Positions 10,195-19,795 of a DNA stretch of 64,000 nucleotides are shown here, piece after piece. The notes below the pieces were generated by a model. It had not been told where the DNA came from and ran no database searches. It worked only from the letters and a program-made list of their open reading frames with translations. A program made the position numbers and the translations under genes. This DNA is from an uncultured Acidobacteriota bacterium (GTDB lineage: Bacteria > Acidobacteriota > Terriglobia > UBA7540), in the NCBI GenBank assembly GCA_963804995.1, contig CAWDSK010000003.1, forward strand, positions 288,001 to 352,000, written 5' to 3'. Position 1 is the first letter of the stretch. Every line of letters begins with the position of its first letter.

Positions 10195-10956
10195 ATGGCC
10201 CAATTTTGCACGAAGTGCGGCTCCCCTCTGGTCGAAGGAATGAGATTCTGCACAGGTTGTGGAGCTGCGTTGGAGGGTCCCCCGGCGCCTGCGTCGCAAC
10301 CGCCCGCGGCTCCGGTTCCGCCTCCCGCTGAGCCGCCGCCTGCTATGGCCGCTCCTGCTCCACCGCCAGCCCAAGTCACCGCGACTCCCCCGCCGGTGGC
10401 TGCTACTCCTGCAGCTTCGGCTCCTGCACCCGTCAGCACAGCGGCAAAACCTGGCACCCCCATTCTCAAAATCGTCGTCGCGGTGGTGGCTGTGCTGCTC
10501 GTTTTCGGCCTCATCGGTGCCGGGGCGTGCGTGTACTACGCCTATCGATTCAAGCAAAGGATGAACCAGTACCGGCAGCAAGTCCGGATCACTGCTCCCA
10601 TGCCCTCGGGCACACAGGAGGTTCACCCACAACCCAACCCGGCTCCCACCACTGAGACAGCCGCGCCCATCGATACCGAGGTAGCCACCTATCCCGGCGC
10701 CACTGCGGCGGAAGGTGGCGGTGAGATGTCAATGGGGGGAGGCGCAGTCAAGGTACAACAGTTCGTCACCGACAACTCCGTGGATAAGGTGGTAAGCTTT
10801 TACAAAGACAAGCTGGGGCCGAAATCCATGGTCCAGCAAACTGGTGACCAAGCTCTGGTGCAACTCGCAGGATCAAATGGTGTTATCAGCATTACAATCA
10901 CCCGCGATGCCGCCTCTGGGAAAACCAAGTTCAGTATTACGCGCATCGGAAAATAG
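10195..10956 (+). CDS. zinc-ribbon, Pro/Ala-rich, single-TM protein
   Basis: Start reassigned to ATG 10195 (GAGGAGG upstream); FCTKCG...FCTGCG double zinc ribbon, Pro-rich linker, TM helix. Confidence 0.8.
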   Translation: MAQFCTKCGSPLVEGMRFCTGCGAALEGPPAPASQPPAAPVPPPAEPPPAMAAPAPPPAQVTATPPPVAATPAASAPAPVSTAAKPGTPILKIVVAVVAVLLVFGLIGAGACVYYAYRFKQRMNQYRQQVRITAPMPSGTQEVHPQPNPAPTTETAAPIDTEVATYPGATAAEGGGEMSMGGGAVKVQQFVTDNSVDKVVSFYKDKLGPKSMVQQTGDQALVQLAGSNGVISITITRDAASGKTKFSITRIGK

Positions 10957-11097
10957 TAAGCGCCCACGCTCAACTCGGCAGATAGAACCTTGCTGGCCGG
11001 ACTTGAGTCGGGGGAAGGCGTAGCTCCTCCAAAACCGGCAGCTAAGGAGGGGCGTTGCTCTTGACGCCCAGGCGCGCCCCAAGTCACGAGGTAAATT

Positions 11098-12468
11098 ATG
11101 AAGCCCTTTTCCGGGTCGATAGCCTTCATCCTGTTCCTTACGTGTTCGAACGTTCCAGCTCTGCGGGCTCAGGCAACGAACCCTGCAACCCCGCCCGCCG
11201 CCTCTTCCGTCGACAATAACCCAACGGTCATGCTCCTGAAGCAAGGTCACAGCGACAGCGTACGGGCAAAGGCTGCAAGTGAACTCGGCAAGGAAGGCGA
11301 CCCTGCTACTATCCCGGTGCTGGCCGGAGCACTTACTGACCCCAGTTCCAAGGTGCGGCACGAGGTGGTGCTGGCCCTGGCACAGTTCCACCAGTCGGAG
11401 GTTCTGCCGCCACTGGAGCAGGCCACCAAAGATGTGGACGGTGACACGCGATTGCTGGCTGTCAAGGCGCTGGTGGGCTTCTACTCCGGGGGTTCGCTCG
11501 GCGGGGGCCTGACGGGATTTATGAGGAAGAGCGTGCAACGCGTGAAAGGTCATTTCGAAGCCGACCCCACGAGGATCGATCCCGGCCTGACGGTGGACCC
11601 GCAGGTCATCACGACACTCGTCGCGACCCTCAACGACACGCGCTCGAACGACGCGTCGCGCGAGGCCGCCAAAGGGCTGGGCATTCTGGTCGCAAAGCCA
11701 GCGGTGCCGGATCTGATAAAGGCTGCGCACTCCTCTGACACCGACCTGGCGCGCGAGGCGTTGAACGCTCTTTCCAAGATCAAAGACCTCACGGCAGGCC
11801 CGCAACTCGTCGACTTGCTGGACTCGCCGACCAAGGATGTCAAACGCGATGCCTGCGTCACGGTCGGCATCCTGCGGGCCAAGGATGCTGTGCCCAAGTT
11901 GCAGTCGATCTTTGAGAGCGGCCCCGATCAAAAAGACAAAGTAGCAGCAATCCAGGGGTTGGCTTACCTCGGAGAAAAGGTGTCCGTTCCGGTCTTTATC
12001 AAGGCCCTGTGGAGCCAGGATAAGACCGTCCGTCAGGCGGCGGCAGAGGGGCTGGCGCGTGCTGCAGATCCCCAAAGCCTGGGAGAACTGGAGAAGGCAG
12101 TCACCGCCGAAAAGGACGCCGACGTAACCCTCGCGATCGAATTCGCCATTACGGCACTTGGCAAGGGGGACTACTTGAGCGCCATGGTGGGCGATTTGGG
12201 TTCGCGGACGCGCGGCGACACGGCCCGCGCCTACCTGACCGAACTGGCCTGGACGCCCGGCTTCCTCCCCAAACTTTATCCCTACCTGCAAAGCAAGGAC
12301 TCGGATGTGAGGAAGCGGCTTTGTGCCGTGCTGATGTACAGTGGCGATCAGACCAGCCTGGAGCCGCTGGACCGGCTCTCTCACGATCCTGATGCCGGCG
12401 TGTCTGCACAGGCCCTGCGCGCCAAAAGTGCCATTCGGTCCCGCCTGGGAGCGACGGCAAAACCGTAG
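11098..12468 (+). CDS. secreted HEAT-repeat protein
   Basis: Signal peptide and repeated D...VR..AA..LG helical motifs. Confidence 0.85.
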   Translation: MKPFSGSIAFILFLTCSNVPALRAQATNPATPPAASSVDNNPTVMLLKQGHSDSVRAKAASELGKEGDPATIPVLAGALTDPSSKVRHEVVLALAQFHQSEVLPPLEQATKDVDGDTRLLAVKALVGFYSGGSLGGGLTGFMRKSVQRVKGHFEADPTRIDPGLTVDPQVITTLVATLNDTRSNDASREAAKGLGILVAKPAVPDLIKAAHSSDTDLAREALNALSKIKDLTAGPQLVDLLDSPTKDVKRDACVTVGILRAKDAVPKLQSIFESGPDQKDKVAAIQGLAYLGEKVSVPVFIKALWSQDKTVRQAAAEGLARAADPQSLGELEKAVTAEKDADVTLAIEFAITALGKGDYLSAMVGDLGSRTRGDTARAYLTELAWTPGFLPKLYPYLQSKDSDVRKRLCAVLMYSGDQTSLEPLDRLSHDPDAGVSAQALRAKSAIRSRLGATAKP

Positions 12469-12764
12469 TCCGGATATTTCAGCAGTGAGGGAAACCGTGG
12501 GCCTCTGAGCCCGCCCTTCCAAACCCGTGGTGAGAAATCTGTCCCTCCTCGCGATCCAGAGGTGTGAATCGCTTCTTAAATGTGCGAGTTGGTGGCATCG
12601 GACGGCCTCTGAATACCCGCTTCAACTTCTTGCCTATCGTTAATACAACCGCAACCTGGCATAGGTTCTTGTGACATTGCTCGTTGGGATAATTGCCGGA
12701 AACGGATCCGCGTGGTAGTATAACCGCTCTCCAAATTGAAGGTGATTTCCGGTTGAGTGAAGGT

Positions 12765-13640
12765 ATGTCGTCTACATCCCCGCAGAAGTTGGATTCCCAG
12801 ACACCCCGCGAGCTCGAGCTGAAGCTGGCGCACAGTCCGGACTCTGACGACGCTTTTATGTTCTATGGCCTCGCGACCAAGAAACTGCGGACGGGCAACC
12901 TGCTCTTCACGCACACGCTTGAGGACATTGAATCCCTGAACCAGAAAGCGATGGAGGGCGTTTACGACATCACTGCAATCTCTTTCCACGCCTACCCCTA
13001 TCTCGCCGACCGTTACATTTTGCTCCCCTCCGGCGCGAGCTTCGGCGAGCGCTATGGACCTATTGTGGTGGCGCGTGCCACGCTGGGAACAGAAGGCTTG
13101 CGTGGTAAGCGCGTGGCGGTGCCAGGGAAAATGACTACCGCTCATCTGGTGCTGCAGCTCTATGAGCGTGAATTTGAGGCCATTTTCACCCCCTTCGATC
13201 AGGTCCTGGAAGCTGTCAACCGGGGTGAGGCGGATGCCGGGGTGATCATCCACGAAGGCCAGTTGACGTACGCCGAATCCGGGCTGCAAAAGATTGTGGA
13301 TTTGGGCGAATGGTGGCACCAGGAAACAGGTTTGCCGCTTCCGCTCGGTGGAAATGCCATCCGCCGCTCGCTTGACCACCGTACCTTGCGCGCGGCCGCT
13401 AGGTTGTTGAAGGAAAGCATTCAATACTCGCTCGATCATCGCGAAGAAGCCCTTAACTATGCCCTGCAGTTCGCCCGCGGGCTCGATTCCCCCACGGCCG
13501 ACCGCTTCGTGGCCATGTACGTCAACGATTGGACGCTCGATTACGGTGAGCGCGGCCGCCAGGCGGTACAAACGCTCCTTGACCGTGGTTACGAAAAGGG
13601 AATCCTGCCTCAGCACGTAAAGGCGGAATTTGTGGAATAA
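12765..13640 (+). CDS. mqnD: MqnA/MqnD/SBP-family menaquinone biosynthesis protein (1,4-dihydroxy-6-naphthoate synthase-like)
   Basis: [57 protein letters not shown]. Confidence 0.85.
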   Translation: MSSTSPQKLDSQTPRELELKLAHSPDSDDAFMFYGLATKKLRTGNLLFTHTLEDIESLNQKAMEGVYDITAISFHAYPYLADRYILLPSGASFGERYGPIVVARATLGTEGLRGKRVAVPGKMTTAHLVLQLYEREFEAIFTPFDQVLEAVNRGEADAGVIIHEGQLTYAESGLQKIVDLGEWWHQETGLPLPLGGNAIRRSLDHRTLRAAARLLKESIQYSLDHREEALNYALQFARGLDSPTADRFVAMYVNDWTLDYGERGRQAVQTLLDRGYEKGILPQHVKAEFVE

Positions 13641-13754
13641 CCCCGCCGCCTGCCCTGCGCGGTTCAGGCGAGGAATTATTCGGCCGCTGGCCAGCAGCTT
13701 GATCCAAACGTAGCACCGCAAAACCCAAACTTTTGACGACGAGAGGAATCTGCC

Positions 13755-14558
13755 ATGCCGGACAAGTATCGCTATGAAGAATTCACTTGGCCGGAGATTC
13801 GCGAGGCGGTGGCGGAGAATCGCGTGGCCGTCCTCCCGGTGGGTACCATCGAACAACATGGCGTGCACCTGCCACTGGTCACTGACGTGCTGACTTCCAC
13901 CGAGGTCGCCCGGCGGGCGGTCGAGCAAGTGCCCCACGAGGCCGTCCTGATGCCGTCGGTCTATTATTCCTTCAACATTCACCATATGGATTTTCCCGGC
14001 ACCATCGCCATCGACGGGCCGAATATCATTGGCTATGTGACCGATATCGGCAAAAGCTTGGCCTACCATGGTTTCCGCAAAATCCTCCTGGTCAACGGAC
14101 ACGGCAGTAATGTTCCCTTTCTCGACATCGCGGCTCGGAACATCGCAAACACGACCGAGGCGATCTGTGGCATGATTTCCTGGTGGAGCTTGATCCCTCC
14201 CCAGCTTTTTCGAGAGTTGCGGGAATCGGAGATCCCTGGGGGCATGGCGCACGCTTGTGAACTTGAAACCTCCGTGTTGCTCTATTTGCGCGGCGACTTG
14301 GTGCAATTCGAAAAGGCGGAGAAAGAAATCAACCTGCCGCCTAACTCCGAGTTCTTCTTCTGGGATTTCGAGACGCCCTCGCGGCTGGTTTTTCAAGAAT
14401 GGGCCAGCCGGAATTCGAAGACCGGAACCTTCGGCGATCCCACCAAGGCCACGCGTGAGAAGGGCGAGAAGTTCGTGAACGCCGCAGTGGAAAGAATGCT
14501 GGTCTTGCTCCGGGAACTGCGAGCGCGCCCGATTCCTCCGCGCGTGGACCATCACTAG
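13755..14558 (+). CDS. creatininase-family amidohydrolase
   Basis: LPVGTIEQHGVHLPLVTD, HHMDFPGT, VNGHGSN, HACELETS, GDPTKAT.EKG. Confidence 0.92.
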   Translation: MPDKYRYEEFTWPEIREAVAENRVAVLPVGTIEQHGVHLPLVTDVLTSTEVARRAVEQVPHEAVLMPSVYYSFNIHHMDFPGTIAIDGPNIIGYVTDIGKSLAYHGFRKILLVNGHGSNVPFLDIAARNIANTTEAICGMISWWSLIPPQLFRELRESEIPGGMAHACELETSVLLYLRGDLVQFEKAEKEINLPPNSEFFFWDFETPSRLVFQEWASRNSKTGTFGDPTKATREKGEKFVNAAVERMLVLLRELRARPIPPRVDHH

Positions 14559-14569
14559 GCACAGTTTAA

Positions 14570-15799
14570 ATGGCCAACACTACTGTCCGTAACCGCCTCG
14601 CATTTACTTCCACCCAAAGAAAGGTGCTTTTGGCGCTCGCCAGCATGGTGGGCTTGCGCATGCTGGGCTTGTTTCTAGTCCTGCCGGTCTTCACCCTTTA
14701 CGGGCTCCAATTCACTACCTCAAAGTTTTTGGTCGGCTTCGCTTTCGGCGCCTATGCCCTGACCATGGCGATCCTGCAAATTCCCCTCGGCAGACTCTCA
14801 GACCGCATCGGCCGCCGCAAGGTGCTGGTAATGGGCATGACGCTATTCAGTGTGGGCTCGTTCCTCTGTGCCTTGCCTCCCTTGTTTCCCCACTCCTGGC
14901 AAATCTGGGAGCTGATTTTTGGGCGGCTGGTGCAAGGCGGCGGAGCCATCATCTCCGTAGCCTTTGCCACCGTGGCCGATTACATTGAGCCCGAGCGGCG
15001 CTCAACCGCCATGGCGGTGCTGGGCATCCCCATTGGCGTGTCGTTTGCGGTGGGAATCATCGGCGGGCCCATCCTGGCGGGATGGTTTGGCACGGCCTTC
15101 CTGTTTTGGCTGACGGGTTTCCTGGGCCTGGCAACGGATTTTCTCCTGGTGCGCTACCTGAAAGACGAGGTTCGCGAGCGGCAGGCTCCCGCACCCATGG
15201 CACAGGTCTTCGCTCATCCGCCGCTTGTCGCCTATGCCGGGGGCGGGTTCCTGATCAACTTCTTCATGACTACGTTCTTCTTCCATTTTCCTCTGATTGT
15301 CACCGGCCAGCACCACCTGAAATTGACCGATTACTACATGCTGTTGTTGCCGATGATGGTGATCAGCGGCTTCACCATGTTTGGCTTTTCGCAAGGCGCT
15401 GACAAAGGCTGGGGGCGCCCCCTCGCCTCGGTTGCCTACTTGATGTTCATTCCCAGTTTCTTGCTGCTCTTTGCACCGGCTAGTTTGGGCTTGGACCCCC
15501 AACGGCTGTTTCCGGTATTTCTTGCGGGAACGCTTTTCTATATCGGTTTCACAGGGCTGGAGCCGATTCTCCCCAGCCTGGTCAGTAAAGCCTCGCCCGG
15601 AACGGCCTATGGAACGGCCCTGGGCTTCTACAACACCGCGCAGTTTCTGGGCAGCACGGTGGGAGGCTCTTTGGCCGGTGCCCTCGCCAATTACCCGCCG
15701 GAGCGGACCTTGGTGACCATGCTGGTCGCCGCAACCATCGGTTTCCTGATGATGGTCGCAACCAAACCGCCCGTTCGCGCTGAAACCGAATCTCACTGA
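14570..15799 (+). CDS. MFS transporter (YajR-like)
   Basis: LRMLGLFLVLPV, G.LSDRIGRR, about 12 TM segments, LEPILPSLVSK. Confidence 0.9.
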   Translation: MANTTVRNRLAFTSTQRKVLLALASMVGLRMLGLFLVLPVFTLYGLQFTTSKFLVGFAFGAYALTMAILQIPLGRLSDRIGRRKVLVMGMTLFSVGSFLCALPPLFPHSWQIWELIFGRLVQGGGAIISVAFATVADYIEPERRSTAMAVLGIPIGVSFAVGIIGGPILAGWFGTAFLFWLTGFLGLATDFLLVRYLKDEVRERQAPAPMAQVFAHPPLVAYAGGGFLINFFMTTFFFHFPLIVTGQHHLKLTDYYMLLLPMMVISGFTMFGFSQGADKGWGRPLASVAYLMFIPSFLLLFAPASLGLDPQRLFPVFLAGTLFYIGFTGLEPILPSLVSKASPGTAYGTALGFYNTAQFLGSTVGGSLAGALANYPPERTLVTMLVAATIGFLMMVATKPPVRAETESH

Positions 15800-15842
15800 C
15801 TCTTGACAACGCCCCATTAGAGTTTCAAGCTCAACGCTAGGG

Positions 15843-15964
15843 CTAGTGTGGTATCCGGTAATTAACTGGACATCGAAACGCCGCTATCTTGGCGGCATTT
15901 GCCGGCAGGATGCCGGCGCTACGACCAACCCATTTGTCCAGCCATTTCCTGGACACTGCACTAG
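15843..15964. mobile_element. MITE-like element (imperfect 30-bp TIRs CTAGTG...CACTAG) carrying a REP-like palindrome
   Basis: TIRs match 22/30. The internal CGCCGCTATCTTGGCGGC...GCCGGCGCTACG and the right end recur at 16393-16482. Confidence 0.6.
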
Positions 15965-16934
15965 ACACATTGTCATCCTGTTCTACCATTTATCATAATG
16001 CTGCTAACAGTATTTGTTTTCAATAACCTCTCAGCTTTGGCAAACAGAAATCCCTAGTTGACGCGCTTTGTTTTCAACATGTTCTCAGCTTTGGGCGTTT
16101 TGGGCATCAAGCGACACATTGTCGACTAGAATGAACAGCTCAGATGGTGCGTTTTCGGTCTCATATTTACACTTCACTGGGGGGCCTCCATACGGTGCGC
16201 TCCACGCCCAGTCCTTCCGACAGTCGGCGCAGCCGGATTATACCAATCAGTAAGGCTTAGTGTCAAGCTTTATTATTGCGGGGGATGAACTGAGGGAAGT
16301 AGGGCCTCCACCTTCGCCGGGAACCCTGAAATTAGTCGCTCCGGCGGCAAACTGCACCACTACCACTAACCAGGCGCTGCCCTAATTGGAGCGTAGCGCC
16401 GCTATCTTGGCGGCACTTGCCCGCAGAATGCCGGCGCTACGGCCAACACAGTTGTCCAGCCATTTCCTGGACACTGGACTAGGCTTTTCTTGATCTCCTT
16501 TCTCTTGAATTTCGATCTGACTCCCATGGGGTTTAAGCTTCGGCAACAGGTAGGTCACGCGCTAGCCTTCCCGCAAGTTGGAACCTCCTGGGTTCCGGGG
16601 ACTGGGGCTTGGAGTTGCTCTCGCGCCCTTGACACCTAACATCCAGTCATCTGACCGAATATGTCATCGCGATGCCTTTTGTGTTGGGGGTTTGCAGAAT
16701 CTTCAAACGAAGAACCGCGGACCCCAAAGACGGGGGACCACGTTACGGTTGCTACACTTGCTCGTAAATTTCGTCCTGGCTTCGCGCTTGCTCCCAAACT
16801 CTTCCGGGGCGTTGTATATTAGGAGACAGGCATGTTGTAATGTTCATGTTCAGGGCAAAGACGAAGGCATCGTGAATATGCGGCGCGAAACTGAAAATCC
16901 GCGCTCTGCAGATGAGTTTGCGCACCGCTGTGCC

Positions 16935-19277
16935 ATGAAGGCGACGGCCGCACGGCTCCGGCTCACCCTAGGAATGGTTTTCGTGGCTCTCCTGGCCTCA
17001 ACCTCGCTCTCGGCGCAGAGCAACACCGGAGAGCTGCGCCTGAAGATGACCGACCCTGCCGGGCTGGGGGTCGAGAGCACGGTCGAGTTGACCAGCGACT
17101 CGAACCAGGTGCGGCGGACGCTCACGACAGACGACGCAGGGAACGCCGTGGCCAAGTTGCTGCCCTTTGGGATCTACAGAATCCGCGTCGCGCCACCGGG
17201 ATTTGCGCCCTTCTCGCAATCGCTGGAGATTCGTACCGCCCTCCCCACTTCCTTCCGCATCAAACTCGACCTGGCCACGGTGAGCGCTTCCGTGGTCGTT
17301 AAAGACGCGGATACGCTGATTGATCCCCACGCCACGGGCACGATCGAGCGCATTGGTTCCGACACGCTTCGCGACCGGCTGACTTCCCTGCCGGGCCGCT
17401 CGCTCGTTGACTTGGTGAATTCCGAACCGGGCTGGCTATACGAAGGCAACGCGGTTCTGCATCCGCGCGGCTCCGAATACCAGACTCAGTTCGTGGTGGA
17501 CGGAATTCCGCTCACGGACAATCGCTCGCCAAGCTTCGGGCCTGAACTCGAAGCCGACGACGTGGAATCGATAAGCATTTACACCGCCAACATCCCGGCC
17601 GAATACGGAAGGAAAATGGGCGGCGTAGTGGAGGTGAACACGACGAACGACTCACGCCCGGGGTTCCACGGAAAAGTGGTGGGGGCGGGCGGCAGCTTCG
17701 ACACTGCGGATGGCTACGGGCAGGCGCAGTATGCCTGGGGCGAGAATACGTTGGGAGTAAGCGCCTCAGGCGCCACCACCCATCGGTATCTGAACCCTCC
17801 GGTCGTCGAAAATTATACGAATGCGGGCACGACCTCAGATTTCGGGGCGCACTACGAGCGGGATTTGACGGATCGCGACCGCTTCAATGCGATTCTTCGG
17901 CATGAACAGGTGGGATTCGAAATCCCCAATGAGCAAGTCCAGCAGGCCGCGGGGCAGCGGCAAGATCGCTCGAATGACGAGACGATGGGAGTCTTGAGTT
18001 ATGAGCACATCTTCTCCCCCAGTGTTTTGGGGGATCTCCGGGCGATGGTGAGGTCGGACGACAACCGCCTTTGGTCGAACCCCTTCGCGACGCCCATCCT
18101 CGCCGGGCAGGAGCGAGGCTTGCGGGAAGGCTATTTCAAAGCCAGCGTGGCGGTACACCACGGCCGTCACGAGTGGAAAACCGGCATCGAGGCGGACTTC
18201 GCGTATCTTCACGAACAGTTCAGCGACACCCTAACTGACCCCACCCAATTTGACCCCGGAACGCCCCCAAAATTCAACTTCTTCGGCCGCGGAAACGATC
18301 TCGAACAATCCTTTTTCGTACAGGACCTCATCCGTCTGGGCGCATGGACCCTAAGCGCGGGCCTGCGATGGGATCACTATCAACTGTTAGTGAACCGGAA
18401 CGCGCTGAGCCCGCGGCTAGGAATCGCTCGCTATTGGGAAAAGGCCAAACTGGTTCTGCACGCTTCCTATGACCGAGTCTTCCAAACGCCGGCTTTTGAG
18501 AATATTCTTCTCTCCAGCTCTCCCGAAGTTGCCGTTCTGAACCCCAACGTCCTGCGGCTGCCCGTCGAGCCCTCACAGGGTAATTACTACGAGGCCGGGC
18601 TTAGCAAGGGCTTCTTCGGAAAATTCAAGCTGGACGCCAACGCTTTCGAGAGGCGGGTGAGCAACTTTGCCGACGATGACGTGCTGCTGAATACCGGTGT
18701 CAGTTTTCCCATCGCCTTCCGCAAAGCCGCTATTTACGGGGCCGAAGGGAAGCTCGATTTCCCCCGCTGGGGGCGGCTCTCCGGGTACACCAGCTATTCG
18801 TATCTGGTGGGCGCCGCCTATCTGCCGGTAACCGGCGGGCTCTTCCTGGGAACGGACTCAACCGATGCGCTCAGCGCAACTACCGGCCGGTTCTGGATTT
18901 CCCAAGACCAACGCCACAGCGTGCGCACCAGGTTTCGATATCAACTGAAGCCGCGACTGTGGGCGGCCCTGGGTGGCGAGTATGGGAGCGGTCTGCCCGT
19001 GGCATTCGATGGCACGGAGCAGCAAGCCATCGCCCAGTACGGCTCGGAGATTGTGGACCGCGTGAACCTGGCCGACGGCCGCGTGAAGCCGTCGCTCTCC
19101 GTCAACGCCTCTATGGGCGCTGACCTCTGGAAGAGTGAGCGCCTGACGATGCGGGTGCAAGCGGACGCGGAGAATCTGAACAACCGACTCAACGTGATCA
19201 ATTTCGCTGGCCTCTTTTCTGGAAACGCCGTGGCGCCCCCCCGCAGCGGGACAATTCGCCTTACTGCCGATTTTTAG
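16935..19277 (+). CDS. TonB-dependent receptor with N-terminal carboxypeptidase-regulatory-like domain
   Basis: Signal peptide from MKATAARL, plug motif FVVDGIP, IPAEYGRKMGGVV, GLRWD, SPRLG, C-terminal Phe; alternative start at 16878. Confidence 0.9.
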   Translation: MKATAARLRLTLGMVFVALLASTSLSAQSNTGELRLKMTDPAGLGVESTVELTSDSNQVRRTLTTDDAGNAVAKLLPFGIYRIRVAPPGFAPFSQSLEIRTALPTSFRIKLDLATVSASVVVKDADTLIDPHATGTIERIGSDTLRDRLTSLPGRSLVDLVNSEPGWLYEGNAVLHPRGSEYQTQFVVDGIPLTDNRSPSFGPELEADDVESISIYTANIPAEYGRKMGGVVEVNTTNDSRPGFHGKVVGAGGSFDTADGYGQAQYAWGENTLGVSASGATTHRYLNPPVVENYTNAGTTSDFGAHYERDLTDRDRFNAILRHEQVGFEIPNEQVQQAAGQRQDRSNDETMGVLSYEHIFSPSVLGDLRAMVRSDDNRLWSNPFATPILAGQERGLREGYFKASVAVHHGRHEWKTGIEADFAYLHEQFSDTLTDPTQFDPGTPPKFNFFGRGNDLEQSFFVQDLIRLGAWTLSAGLRWDHYQLLVNRNALSPRLGIARYWEKAKLVLHASYDRVFQTPAFENILLSSSPEVAVLNPNVLRLPVEPSQGNYYEAGLSKGFFGKFKLDANAFERRVSNFADDDVLLNTGVSFPIAFRKAAIYGAEGKLDFPRWGRLSGYTSYSYLVGAAYLPVTGGLFLGTDSTDALSATTGRFWISQDQRHSVRTRFRYQLKPRLWAALGGEYGSGLPVAFDGTEQQAIAQYGSEIVDRVNLADGRVKPSLSVNASMGADLWKSERLTMRVQADAENLNNRLNVINFAGLFSGNAVAPPRSGTIRLTADF

Positions 19278-19310
19278 GCGCTGCCATCAAGGCCCTTGCT
19301 ACCGTCGGGT

Positions 19311-19575
19311 GGGTAGTCGGTCAGTTTGAATCCGCAAGCCGGGTGGTTCGTTTGTGACGCATACATACAAGGCAATGTATGCGACCCCCCGAAAGGCGGA
19401 TTTACTCCGCCATATGGCGAGGTAAACTCGCCGCTACGGCAAACAGCCCTGCCCCCCGACCCAGGGTATTGGTTCAGTTTGGTTGTTTGTAGCGGCGGTC
19501 TATGACCGCCGACTTTTTAATTCAATAAGTTCCGGCGCTCATAGAGCGCCGCTACAGCAAACTGCACAACTACCC
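19311..19575. repeat. two tandem composite palindromic elements (outer GGTA..CAGTTTG/CAAAC..CC IRs around REP-like units)
   Basis: Second unit has an inner doublet TGTAGCGGCGGTCTATGACCGCCG...CGGCGCTCATAGAGCGCCGCTACA at 19488-19556. Confidence 0.75.
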
Positions 19576-19589
19576 GACCCAGCTTGGGG

Positions 19590-19618
19590 TTGACATTTTG
19601 CCGCATGCACCTTATGCT
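19590..19618 (+). promoter_or_regulatory. sigma70 promoter for the leader/sulfite reductase transcript
   Basis: TTGACA (19590-19595), 17-bp spacer, TATGCT (19613-19618). Confidence 0.75.
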
Positions 19619-19630
19619 TTTATTTTGCTG

Positions 19631-19708
19631 ATGCGTACCCCCTTCCAACCCGGCATGGCCATGTGCTGTTGTACGGTGCCAGCGCCGACGTGTGGGGAAC
19701 GTGCTTAG
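19631..19708 (+). CDS. putative Cys-rich attenuator leader peptide MRTPFQPGMAMCCCTVPAPTCGERA
   Basis: 25-codon ORF with TGC-TGT-TGT (19664-19672) plus a fourth Cys, located between the promoter and the terminator. Confidence 0.7.
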   Translation: MRTPFQPGMAMCCCTVPAPTCGERA

Positions 19709-19736
19709 CCACCAGCTAGCCTAAGGATCTAATTCC

Positions 19737-19781
19737 AACCCACCGCCGGACGCAAGTCGAGCGGTGGGTTTTTTGTTTTTT
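19737..19781 (+). terminator. intrinsic terminator in the 5' leader (attenuator)
   Basis: AACCCACCGC...GAC-GCAA-GTC...GCGGTGGGTT followed by TTTTGTTTTTT, ending about 15 nt before the reductase ATG. Confidence 0.85.
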
Positions 19782-19795
19782 GGAGAGCACTGGGA

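Noticed and set aside
12576..14555. 659-aa minus-strand ORF, and similar long antisense ORFs (10873..12522, 52850..54007, 57596..58831)
   Set aside because: These are shadows of well-supported opposite-strand genes in GC-rich DNA and have no recognisable motifs.
16578..16934. N-terminal extension of the TonB receptor ORF (likewise 9889-10194 and 23516-23707)
   Set aside because: These extensions translate intergenic, repeat or upstream-gene sequence; downstream ATGs give proper signal peptides or family N-termini.
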